The translations under genes were made by a program, and so were the position numbers. This document shows, in pieces, positions 37,055 through 45,166 of a DNA stretch of 64,000 nucleotides. The stretch is from Gammaproteobacteria bacterium (GTDB taxonomy: Bacteria > Pseudomonadota > Gammaproteobacteria > Steroidobacterales > Steroidobacteraceae). Every line of letters begins with the position of its first letter. The stretch's first letter is position 1. The notes below the pieces were generated by a model that saw only the letters and a list, made by a program, of their open reading frames with translations, made no database searches and had not been told where the DNA came from. Where the stretch lies: contig JBDUEQ010000146.1 of the NCBI GenBank assembly GCA_040002315.1, forward strand, positions 6,009-70,008, written 5' to 3'.

Positions 37055-38854
37055 ATGCCCCTCGTAACTGCGGAAACCCAACAGAGCGACTACGACGTCA
37101 TCGTTGTGGGCTCTGGTGCCGCCGGTGGGCAGTCGGCGTATACGCTGAGCATGGACGGCGCCAAGGTCCTCATGCTCGAGGCCGGCCGCAATTACTCCGC
37201 AACCGAGTCGTCCATGTTCCGGACACCGGAACTCGCGCCTCTGCGTGCTGCCGACACACCGGACAAACCTTTCGGGTTCTACGACGCGACGGTGGATGGA
37301 GGCTGGAACGTTCCGGGGGAGCCCTATGTGCGGGCGAGTGAAGATGACGGGAGCCGCTTCGAATGGTGGCGCGCGCGCATGCTGGGCGGCCGCACCAATC
37401 ACTGGGGACGCATCTCACTGCGCAATGGTCCCTATGACTTCAAGCCGAAAACCCGAGATGGCTTGGGGTTCGATTGGCCCATCGGGTACGATGACGTCGC
37501 TCCGTACTACGACAAAGTCGAGTTGTTGATCGGCGTGTACGGCGGCAACGAGGGGCTCGAGAACACTCCGAATTCGCCGCCGGGTTGCCTGCTGCCGCCG
37601 CCCAAGCCCTTGGTCAGCGATCACTTGATAAGGCAGCGCGCGAAGAGGCTCGGGATTCCTGTAATACCCGGTCACCGCGCAGTGCTGACCCAGACGCTCG
37701 ATTACAAGAATTCACCGGCACGTCTGCATCCCGGCAATGCAAAGGCGCAGAGGATTCTGATGGCGGACATGCGCAGCCGCAGCCCTTGTCTGTGGGCCAC
37801 TCCTTGCGGGTCCGGCTGTGCCGTCCGCGCCAACTATCAGTCGACCACCGTCCATTTGCCGCCGGCTCTTAAGACCGGGAATCTCGACATCATCACCGAC
37901 GCGATGGTTTATGAGGTGACACTCGGCCGCGATGGCCGCGCCAACGGCGTCAATTTCATCGACCGGATCAGCGGCAAACAGCGGCACGCTGCCGCCAGGG
38001 TCGTGATTCTGGCCGCGAGCGCCTGCGAGTCGGTGCGTATTCTCCTTAACTCCAAGAGCGCGCAGTTCCCACAAGGCCTCGCGAATTCGAGCGGCAAGGT
38101 CGGGCAATATCTGATGGACACGGTGGGCTCTGCCGTCGGCGGTCAAGTCCCACTGCTCGAGAATCTGCCGCCGCTCAATGAGGACGCTGCCGACGGCGGT
38201 CAGATGTATGTCCCCTGGTGGTTGTACCGCGAGCAGCATGCAGGACAACTCGGATTCGCCCGCGGCTACCACATCGAATTCGGCGGCGGCAAGCGAATGC
38301 CCGGCGACGGCACGGGAGCCGGCCTCGAATGGCTCACCGGCGGCAGCTACGGGGCGAAATTCAAGCAGGACGTTCGACGCTATTACGGTTCATTCGTCTG
38401 GTTCAGCGGCCGCGGCGAGATGATCCCCAACGATCAGTCCTTCTGCGAGATCGATCGCAGCGTCAAGGACAAGTGGGGAATCCCCGTGCTGCGTTTTCAT
38501 TGGCAGTGGTCGGAGCACGAGCGGCGGCAAGCCGCCCATATGCAAAAAACCTTTGCGGGCATCATTGATGCCATGGGCGGGCGGACACAGCACCCGGTAC
38601 AGAGCGACGGCGCCAAGGCCATCGCGCCCGGAGGTTCCATCATTCACGAGGTCGGCGGCGCCCTCATGGGATCCGATGCCAAGAGTTCGGTCACGAATTC
38701 CTGGGGTCAGACCTGGGACGTGAGCAATCTATTCATCAACGACGGAGCGGTGTTCGCGTCGAACGCGGACAAGAATCCGACGCTCACCATCATGGCGTTG
38801 GCATGGCGCGCATCGGACCATATTCTCGAGCGCATGCGGCGCAAGGAGCTGTAA
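37055..38854 (+). CDS. GMC-family FAD flavoprotein oxidoreductase, copy 2
   Basis: The ATG at 37055 gives MPLVTAETQQSDYDVIVVGSGAAGGQSAYTLSMDGAKVLMLEAG. GMC C-terminus (IHEVGGALMG...NLFINDGAVF). Confidence 0.85.
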   Translation: MPLVTAETQQSDYDVIVVGSGAAGGQSAYTLSMDGAKVLMLEAGRNYSATESSMFRTPELAPLRAADTPDKPFGFYDATVDGGWNVPGEPYVRASEDDGSRFEWWRARMLGGRTNHWGRISLRNGPYDFKPKTRDGLGFDWPIGYDDVAPYYDKVELLIGVYGGNEGLENTPNSPPGCLLPPPKPLVSDHLIRQRAKRLGIPVIPGHRAVLTQTLDYKNSPARLHPGNAKAQRILMADMRSRSPCLWATPCGSGCAVRANYQSTTVHLPPALKTGNLDIITDAMVYEVTLGRDGRANGVNFIDRISGKQRHAAARVVILAASACESVRILLNSKSAQFPQGLANSSGKVGQYLMDTVGSAVGGQVPLLENLPPLNEDAADGGQMYVPWWLYREQHAGQLGFARGYHIEFGGGKRMPGDGTGAGLEWLTGGSYGAKFKQDVRRYYGSFVWFSGRGEMIPNDQSFCEIDRSVKDKWGIPVLRFHWQWSEHERRQAAHMQKTFAGIIDAMGGRTQHPVQSDGAKAIAPGGSIIHEVGGALMGSDAKSSVTNSWGQTWDVSNLFINDGAVFASNADKNPTLTIMALAWRASDHILERMRRKEL

Positions 38855-39471
38855 TGGATCGGCGCACGACCCTCAAGTGGGTGCTGGCCACGAGTACCGT
38901 CTGGACGCTTCGGCGACATCAAGGCGCGTGGGCCGACGCGGCACCGGCGGGACGAGGTTACGGCACCGATCCCAACCTTGCGGCGAACTACCATCCTGGC
39001 GAGCTGTGGCCGCTGGCGATGACCACCGTGCAGCGGCGGCTGGCGCGTATTTTGTCGGACATCATCATTCCGTCCGATGAGCGCTCGCCCAGTGCCTCGC
39101 AGGCCGGTGTGGTGGACTTCATCGATGAATGGGTAAGCGCGCCGTATTCAGACTTTCAACGAGATAGAGGTATCGTGTTAGGCGGCTTTACCTGGCTGGA
39201 CACCGAAGCCGCGCGCCGCTTCGGGAAGGAATTCATCGAACTCGACTCCGCGCGGCAACTTGGAATGTGTGACGACATCTGCGATGGATCGCGCGTCACG
39301 GACTCGCTGCGCGAGGCTGCCCGCTTCTTCGCACTGTACCGCGACTTGACCGCCGGCGGATTTTACTCGACTGCCATCGGCCGCAAAGACTTGGATTACA
39401 TCGGCAATGTACCTTTGGCTGGTTTTGATGGACCTCCGCCCGCGCTGCTCAAGTCGTTGGGCCTGCTATGA
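38854..39471 (+). CDS. gluconate 2-dehydrogenase subunit 3-family small subunit with Tat leader, copy 2
   Basis: TAATG stop/start overlap with GMC copy 2. Leader MDRRTTLKWVLATSTVWTLRRHQGAWA. Shared family core (IIPSDERSPSASQAGVVDFID). Confidence 0.7.
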   Translation: MDRRTTLKWVLATSTVWTLRRHQGAWADAAPAGRGYGTDPNLAANYHPGELWPLAMTTVQRRLARILSDIIIPSDERSPSASQAGVVDFIDEWVSAPYSDFQRDRGIVLGGFTWLDTEAARRFGKEFIELDSARQLGMCDDICDGSRVTDSLREAARFFALYRDLTAGGFYSTAIGRKDLDYIGNVPLAGFDGPPPALLKSLGLL

Positions 39472-39493
39472 ACACTTGTTTGAACGGTGAACT

Positions 39494-40189
39494 ATGAATG
39501 AGATGCGCTGCGCGGCCGCAATATTGGGTTTTGTGTGCGCGACATCGTTGTCCGCGGCGCCGGCGCCTGCGCCTGCGGACTTCGACTCGCCTTGGCGTCT
39601 TCTGGTGCAGGACCACGGCGCGCCCGAGTGGCGCGGCTGGAATACAACTGGATTCCCCGCCGGCTGGCATGTGGACGGCGGCGTGCTCTCCAAGGAAGGC
39701 GATGTCGAAGATCTGGTCACGAATCAGAGTTACGGAAATTTTGAGCTTGAGCTCGAATGGAAGATAGGCAAGGGCGGCAACAGCGGCGTTTTCTACCGCG
39801 GCACGCGCGAGTATGATCATATCTATTGGAGCGCTCCGGAATACCAGCTGCTCGATGACGCCAACGCCGGGGACGGCAAGAATCGCCTCACGTCTGCGGC
39901 CTCCGCGTACGCGCTCTATGCCGCGCCGGCCGGCGTAGTGTTGCCGTTTGATCATTGGAATAAAACTCGAATCATTGTCAACGGCTCGCACGTCGAGCAT
40001 TGGCTCAATGGCCGCAAGGTTGTGGACTATGAGCTCAGGAGCTCTGATTGGAGGAACAAGGTGGCTGCAAGCAAATTTTCGGCATACCCCAACTACGGCC
40101 TCGCGGCCGGTGGATTGATCGGCATCCAAGGAGATCACACGGGGGCACTGGCACTTCGTCACATCCGCATACGGGTACCGCCCCCATGA
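39494..40189 (+). CDS. DUF1080 (3-keto-disaccharide hydrolase family) secreted protein
   Basis: Sec leader ...CATSLSAAPAPA. Family motifs GWHVDGGVL, YGNFELELEWKIGKGGNSGVFYR and GLIGIQGDHTGALALRHIRI. Confidence 0.85.
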   Translation: MNEMRCAAAILGFVCATSLSAAPAPAPADFDSPWRLLVQDHGAPEWRGWNTTGFPAGWHVDGGVLSKEGDVEDLVTNQSYGNFELELEWKIGKGGNSGVFYRGTREYDHIYWSAPEYQLLDDANAGDGKNRLTSAASAYALYAAPAGVVLPFDHWNKTRIIVNGSHVEHWLNGRKVVDYELRSSDWRNKVAASKFSAYPNYGLAAGGLIGIQGDHTGALALRHIRIRVPPP

Positions 40190-40503
40190 CAGAGTCATCC
40201 GCAGCGAATTTGGAGCTGGCCCTGGTGCTGCCTCTCGGAGTGGTGGCGAATCAGCTGCTGCGGATAGAGGCGGATTTACGATTTCTGAACATGAAGGCGT
40301 TGCTCATTGCGAAGGAGCGCGAACGCGGCACCGTGGGCGCCCAGATATCGGTCCGCCTCGAACAGATCAATGAGGCGCTCGATCTGATCCGCCGCCTCAC
40401 GTCGGACATTGAAACAGACATGCTGCCGAAGTCCGCGACCGTTGCCGCTGCGTCATCAAAGGATCAGACATCCCGCAAACCGCTTCCCGAGCGCGACGAC
40501 TGA
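40186..40503 (+). CDS. hypothetical 105-aa protein, helical/coiled-coil-like
   Basis: ATGA overlap with the DUF1080 stop. MTESSAANLELALVLPLGVVANQLLRIEADLRFLNMKALLIAKERERG.... No family was recognised. Confidence 0.45.
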   Translation: MTESSAANLELALVLPLGVVANQLLRIEADLRFLNMKALLIAKERERGTVGAQISVRLEQINEALDLIRRLTSDIETDMLPKSATVAAASSKDQTSRKPLPERDD

Positions 40504-40548
40504 AAGCTACGACTGAAAGCGCGTCTCGGGCTGTGATGCGCCTGGCGG

Positions 40549-42738
40549 CTAGTGCACCGGACACAGGGACAGCCCCTGCTTGTTGTTGATACCTCCCGCG
40601 CAGGCCAGTTCCTGATTCAGTTGATTGACGAGCACGGCGTTCTTGCGCAAAGCGGACTCGAGCAATCCTGCGTGCTGCTGCGCTGTGCCCAATTCACCGC
40701 CTTCGACGGCTTCGGTCAGCCCGGGCAACTCGAGATGTGCATACGTATAGCGGCAGGCATACAGCAGGTGGCGATACCACGGGCGTCCTGGAATGCCTTC
40801 CGGATTGAGCCAGTTGCGCTCGATGTCCATCATTCCGCGATTGATCTGATCGGCGAGCAAGGGATCGATCTTACCCGAGGCGAGAGCGGCCCCAATCGTT
40901 TGAGTGAGCACTCGTCCGGCGTCTGCAAATTCATCGATCGCGGCGCGCAGCGAATTCAATTTCAGCCTGCCCACGTCGCTTTTCTTGGACAATGTATTGA
41001 GATACTCGCGAATGTGCGCGCCGTAGCTGCCGAAATCGTAGGGTAGGAAATCCGCGTTGGACAGCCGCAGCGCGAGGACGCCCCACAGCTGGGCCATCAG
41101 CCTGTGATAGTGGAATCCAGGATCGCCAAAATGGCTCATCCAGTAGAAATTGTCGTAGGCCGAATGGTAGACGCCATAAGGTCCCTCGAAGGTAAGGTCC
41201 AGTACCGGCACTCCGACGTGATCAAGCAGCGCCGCGTAATCGGAACCGCTGCCGATGCGCGTTTCGGTGAGGTTGAAATCGGTCACCGAGTCGTTCTCCT
41301 TGCGCTCTCGCAGATTCTTGGACCGGGACAGCTGCCACACCTGGTACAAGGATTTTCCCGACGGATCCACAGCGCTCTTGCTGGTCTCCACCATCAGCGG
41401 GGCCAGGGAGCCTACGCTGCTGCCCTGAAAGTCTGGCCCCGTGACCGCAATGTCGACATTGAGGTAGGCGACGGCCTTCTGCCGTAGCTCGTGCGCGAAC
41501 TGTTCGCTCCATTCGGCCGAGCCTGCGTAGCTTGTCTCTTCGCCATCCCAGCTGAGAAACACCATGGTGCGTTTGGGTCGAATGCCCTGCTTCAACAATT
41601 TCCCCAAGCCGCGGGTCATCTCGATCATTGAAGCGGTGCCGCTGCTGGGATCAGCCGCGCCGAACACCCAGGCATCGCGATGGTTGCCGGCCAGAACCCA
41701 TTCATCGGGATAGTCACTGCCGCGAATGCGTGCTTCCACCACGTAGTTCGGTTTGATGGACTCCGACATGTCGATCTTAAGATGCGCCCGAACCCGATCG
41801 CCGCCCAGATGATATTTGAATGGCAATCCGCCCTGCCAGTCGTCGGGTGCGAGCGGGCCATCCATGTTTTCGAGCAGTGGCTTAGCATCGTGCCACGAAA
41901 GCGGCAGCGCCATGATTTTGGGGACGGACGGGGAATCATGCGCAGGAATGCGCTTTGCTCCCGGCAAGGACGGCCAGCCCGGGGTCGTTGGATCTCCCGC
42001 CTGCCGAAAGTCGTATTCGATCGCGCCGCGCTGAAAATGAGTCTCCGGCCCGTACGGGCCTTTCGGGAATACCTTGCCCTGTTTGTAACCGTCTTCGGCG
42101 GGATCGCTGTAGATAAGTATCGCCGCGGCCCCTTCTCGCTCCGCTGTCAACGCCTTGAAGCCGCGATAGCTGTATGGGTTGGAATATCGCACCAGCACGA
42201 TTTTTCCCTTGACGTCGATGCCATTCTTACGCAGCAGCGCAAAGTCTTCGGGATTGCCGCTATGCGCATAGATCACCGGCGCGGTGATGTCTCCGGACTT
42301 GGACATGCCGATCCAGGCCGAGCTGATGTGCGGATTCTTGGTGTCGGGATCCTCGTCGTATGCCGCCTCGCGTAGGCTGGCACGGTAGTGCGTCGGCGCC
42401 ACCATTTCGAGCGAGGTCTCCTTTGGATCGGAGCTGAAGACATCGTAGCGGCGGATGACAACGTCCTCAAGACCCTGGTTCTTCCATTCGCGAGCGATGT
42501 AACGCGCCAGCTCATTATTGCGATCCGATCCCGCGACGTGCGGTTCCGCGGTGAAGATGCGCAGCTGGCGTCTCGCCTCCGCGGCGGTAGGGATTGCCTT
42601 GAACCGCGCTTCGACGGCGGTTTCCTGCGTGGTGGAGGCGGCAGTAAATCCAAGCAGGCTTTGTGGGTGAGCGGGATGGGCGAGGAGGGCGGCCAGGGTG
42701 ACGAGGCCTGATGCCCGGTTCAAGTTGACGAGCTTCAT
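40549..42738 (-). CDS. M28-family peptidase of the glutamate carboxypeptidase II / transferrin-receptor-like type (PA + M28 + TFR-dimer)
   Basis: Signal peptide present. Motifs parallel GCPII: LAGNHRDAWVFGAADPSSGTA, FLSWDGEETSYAGSAEW and YHSAYDNFYW. Confidence 0.85.
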   Translation of the reverse strand: MKLVNLNRASGLVTLAALLAHPAHPQSLLGFTAASTTQETAVEARFKAIPTAAEARRQLRIFTAEPHVAGSDRNNELARYIAREWKNQGLEDVVIRRYDVFSSDPKETSLEMVAPTHYRASLREAAYDEDPDTKNPHISSAWIGMSKSGDITAPVIYAHSGNPEDFALLRKNGIDVKGKIVLVRYSNPYSYRGFKALTAEREGAAAILIYSDPAEDGYKQGKVFPKGPYGPETHFQRGAIEYDFRQAGDPTTPGWPSLPGAKRIPAHDSPSVPKIMALPLSWHDAKPLLENMDGPLAPDDWQGGLPFKYHLGGDRVRAHLKIDMSESIKPNYVVEARIRGSDYPDEWVLAGNHRDAWVFGAADPSSGTASMIEMTRGLGKLLKQGIRPKRTMVFLSWDGEETSYAGSAEWSEQFAHELRQKAVAYLNVDIAVTGPDFQGSSVGSLAPLMVETSKSAVDPSGKSLYQVWQLSRSKNLRERKENDSVTDFNLTETRIGSGSDYAALLDHVGVPVLDLTFEGPYGVYHSAYDNFYWMSHFGDPGFHYHRLMAQLWGVLALRLSNADFLPYDFGSYGAHIREYLNTLSKKSDVGRLKLNSLRAAIDEFADAGRVLTQTIGAALASGKIDPLLADQINRGMMDIERNWLNPEGIPGRPWYRHLLYACRYTYAHLELPGLTEAVEGGELGTAQQHAGLLESALRKNAVLVNQLNQELACAGGINNKQGLSLCPVH

Positions 42739-42887
42739 CCTCCGAGTATGACAGAGGCCCTCATCGAGACAAACCCATTGACGGATACAAATCAGGCGCG
42801 CGATCCGTCAATTCGATATCGACGCCTCACTCGTCCGGTCCAGTGCGCCGTCTGGCATCATCTGCAAAAAATAATGTTTCTCAAAGG

Positions 42888-42947
42888 TTGACACGCTTTC
42901 TCTAATGGGGCCACTATTCTTTTATCGGGATAATAATTTCCTGATAA
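42888..42947. promoter_or_regulatory. AT-rich divergent control region between the M28 and S9 peptidase genes
   Basis: TTGACA at 42888-42893. Imperfect palindrome TTATCGGGA (42922-42930) / TTCCTGATAA (42938-42947) containing GATAA elements. The surrounding 120 nt are far more AT-rich than the window. Confidence 0.3.
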
Positions 42948-43039
42948 GAAAAATACCGTGCTGATGGGGTTCCTTGCACGGTCAGCCGCTCGGAACGGCA
43001 TAGGCCAGCGACGAGCTGTCAGAATTTGGGGGATGCAGC

Positions 43040-45166
43040 ATGAATCCGGTGGCAACTGTATCGATTGGCTGCGCAGCCATGCTCGTCGTTGCCATGGCGT
43101 GGCCGGGACCGGCAGCGGCGGCTGTTACCCCGGCATTCACCATCGAGCAGGTGATGAGCGCGCCGTTCCCTTCGTCGCTCGTCGCCGCACCGGCTCAGGG
43201 TCGATTCGCCTGGGTGTTCAATGAGCGGGGCAGCCGCAATGTGTGGATCGCCGACCCAGCGGCCAAGGGGAGCTATGACTCGCGTGCGATCACTGCCTAC
43301 GCCGGCGATGATGGCTTCGATCTGGGTGAACTCGCCTGGGACGCCAAGGGTGAAACGCTGATGTTTACACGCGGCGGTAGTCTGGAGGGCGGAGGGCCGG
43401 TGAACGTCACCAGCCAACCGACGGGCGCACCCCCTCAGCAGATCTGGGCTGTCACGGTGGGGCAACCCACCGTACGCAAGCTGGCCACGGGTCATTCGGC
43501 AGTGCCTGCTCCGAACGACGAGCGAGTGGCCTATCTCGTTGACGGACAGATTTGGGTGACTGCACTCGACGCCTCGGCCAAGCCGCGACAGCTGCTGCAC
43601 GATCGCGGGTTTGATTCGCAGTTGCACTGGTCGCCGGACGGCTCACGGCTGGCCTTCGTCAGCGGGCGCAAAGATCATAGTTTCATAGGCGTCTATGATT
43701 TCGGCCGGGACGCCATTACTTGGCTGACTCCCAGCGTCGATGGGGATGGGGCCATCGCTTGGGCTCCGGACGGCCTGAATATCGCATTCATTCGCGTGCC
43801 CACTCACCTGGCGCTGTCGGAATTCCAGCGCGAGGCGGAGCCGTGGGCGATCTGGCTGGCCGATGCGCGCACCGGTCGGGGCCGCGAAATCTGGAAGGCG
43901 CAGAAAGGCGCAGGCAGCAACTTCTCGCCCAGCCAGTCGGCCGACAATCTTCTCTGGGCGGATGGCGGTCGATTGATCTTCCCGTGGGAGCGCAGCGGCT
44001 GGCGCCATCTGTATTCCATTTCCACGCAAGGCGGCGAGCCGACGCAACTGACCCCGGGGCAGTTCGAGGTATTTCGCTTCGAGCTTAGCCGCGACCGGCG
44101 CCGCATCGTCTACTGCGCCAATCAGGACGACCTCGATCATCGGCATCTATGGAGCATTGCGCCTGCAGGCGGGCCACCGATACAGCTGACCCGCGGCGAC
44201 ACTATCGAAGATCTGGCGGTCATCGGCGGCGATTCAAGGAGCGTCGCTGCCTTGCACAGCGACGGCCGTCGACCGCTGCGGCCTGCAGTAGTGGCAGCAA
44301 AAGGACAAGTCCAGGATTTGGCGCCGGCGAGTCTGCCGCAGGAATTCCCCATCGACAAGCTCGTGGTTCCTGAACAAGTGGTGTTTCGCAGCCCTGACGG
44401 ACTCAGCATCCACGGTCAGCTGTTTGCAGCGCATCTGAAGAAGGGCGAGCGGCGGCCGGCCGTGTTGTTCTTTCACGGTGGACCGACCCGGCAAATGCTC
44501 TTGGGCTGGCATCCCCTGGATGCCTACAGCTATTCGTACGCAATGAATCAGTATCTGGCGGCGCAGGGCTATATCGTGCTGTCGGTGAATTATCGCGGCG
44601 GCATCGGCTACGGCACGGAATTTCGGCTGCCGGACAAATTTGCGTTTGCCGGAGCCAGCGAGCTCAACGACATCAAGGGCGCCGCCTACTACCTTCGGGA
44701 ACGCGCGGACGTTGACCCGAAGCGCATCGGCATTTGGGGACCCAGTTACGGCGGGCTGATGACCGCGCTCGGTTTGTCGCGTGCGTCCGATTTGCTGGCC
44801 GCCGGGGTCGACTATGCGGGCGTTTCGGACTGGAGTGGGCTCATGTCCTCGAACATGGAGCTGAGCGCCCCGGACGCCTCGCAGGAACAAATGCGTTTGG
44901 CATTTCAGTCGTCGGCATTGGCCAGCATGGATACCTGGCGCTCGCCGGTGTTGCTGATTCACGCCGACGATGATCGCAATGTTCCCTTCGCCCAGACAGT
45001 GGATCAGGTGCGCGCTCTGCGCCGACACGGCATCCCCTTCGAGCAAATTGTCATACCGGATGAGATTCACGACTTGCTGCTGTATCGCTCGTGGATCATG
45101 CTGTTCCACGCCACGGATGATTTCTTCGATCGCAAGCTTTACAACCTGTCCTCCCCAGCGCATTGA
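43040..45166 (+). CDS. S9-family serine peptidase (beta-propeller + prolyl oligopeptidase/DPP-type alpha/beta hydrolase)
   Basis: Signal peptide. TolB-like propeller repeats (WSPDGSRLAF, WAPDGLNIAF). Catalytic GIWGPSYGG, HADDDRNVP and DEIHDL. Confidence 0.85.
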   Translation: MNPVATVSIGCAAMLVVAMAWPGPAAAAVTPAFTIEQVMSAPFPSSLVAAPAQGRFAWVFNERGSRNVWIADPAAKGSYDSRAITAYAGDDGFDLGELAWDAKGETLMFTRGGSLEGGGPVNVTSQPTGAPPQQIWAVTVGQPTVRKLATGHSAVPAPNDERVAYLVDGQIWVTALDASAKPRQLLHDRGFDSQLHWSPDGSRLAFVSGRKDHSFIGVYDFGRDAITWLTPSVDGDGAIAWAPDGLNIAFIRVPTHLALSEFQREAEPWAIWLADARTGRGREIWKAQKGAGSNFSPSQSADNLLWADGGRLIFPWERSGWRHLYSISTQGGEPTQLTPGQFEVFRFELSRDRRRIVYCANQDDLDHRHLWSIAPAGGPPIQLTRGDTIEDLAVIGGDSRSVAALHSDGRRPLRPAVVAAKGQVQDLAPASLPQEFPIDKLVVPEQVVFRSPDGLSIHGQLFAAHLKKGERRPAVLFFHGGPTRQMLLGWHPLDAYSYSYAMNQYLAAQGYIVLSVNYRGGIGYGTEFRLPDKFAFAGASELNDIKGAAYYLRERADVDPKRIGIWGPSYGGLMTALGLSRASDLLAAGVDYAGVSDWSGLMSSNMELSAPDASQEQMRLAFQSSALASMDTWRSPVLLIHADDDRNVPFAQTVDQVRALRRHGIPFEQIVIPDEIHDLLLYRSWIMLFHATDDFFDRKLYNLSSPAH

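Noticed and set aside
42922-42947. Bona fide Fur box between the M28 and S9 genes
   Set aside because: Only about 10 of 19 positions match the Fur consensus. It is kept only as an unspecified palindrome or operator candidate.
44234-45163. 309-aa reverse ORF within the S9 peptidase gene
   Set aside because: It is antisense to the region that encodes the catalytic Ser/Asp/His contexts. No domain was recognised.
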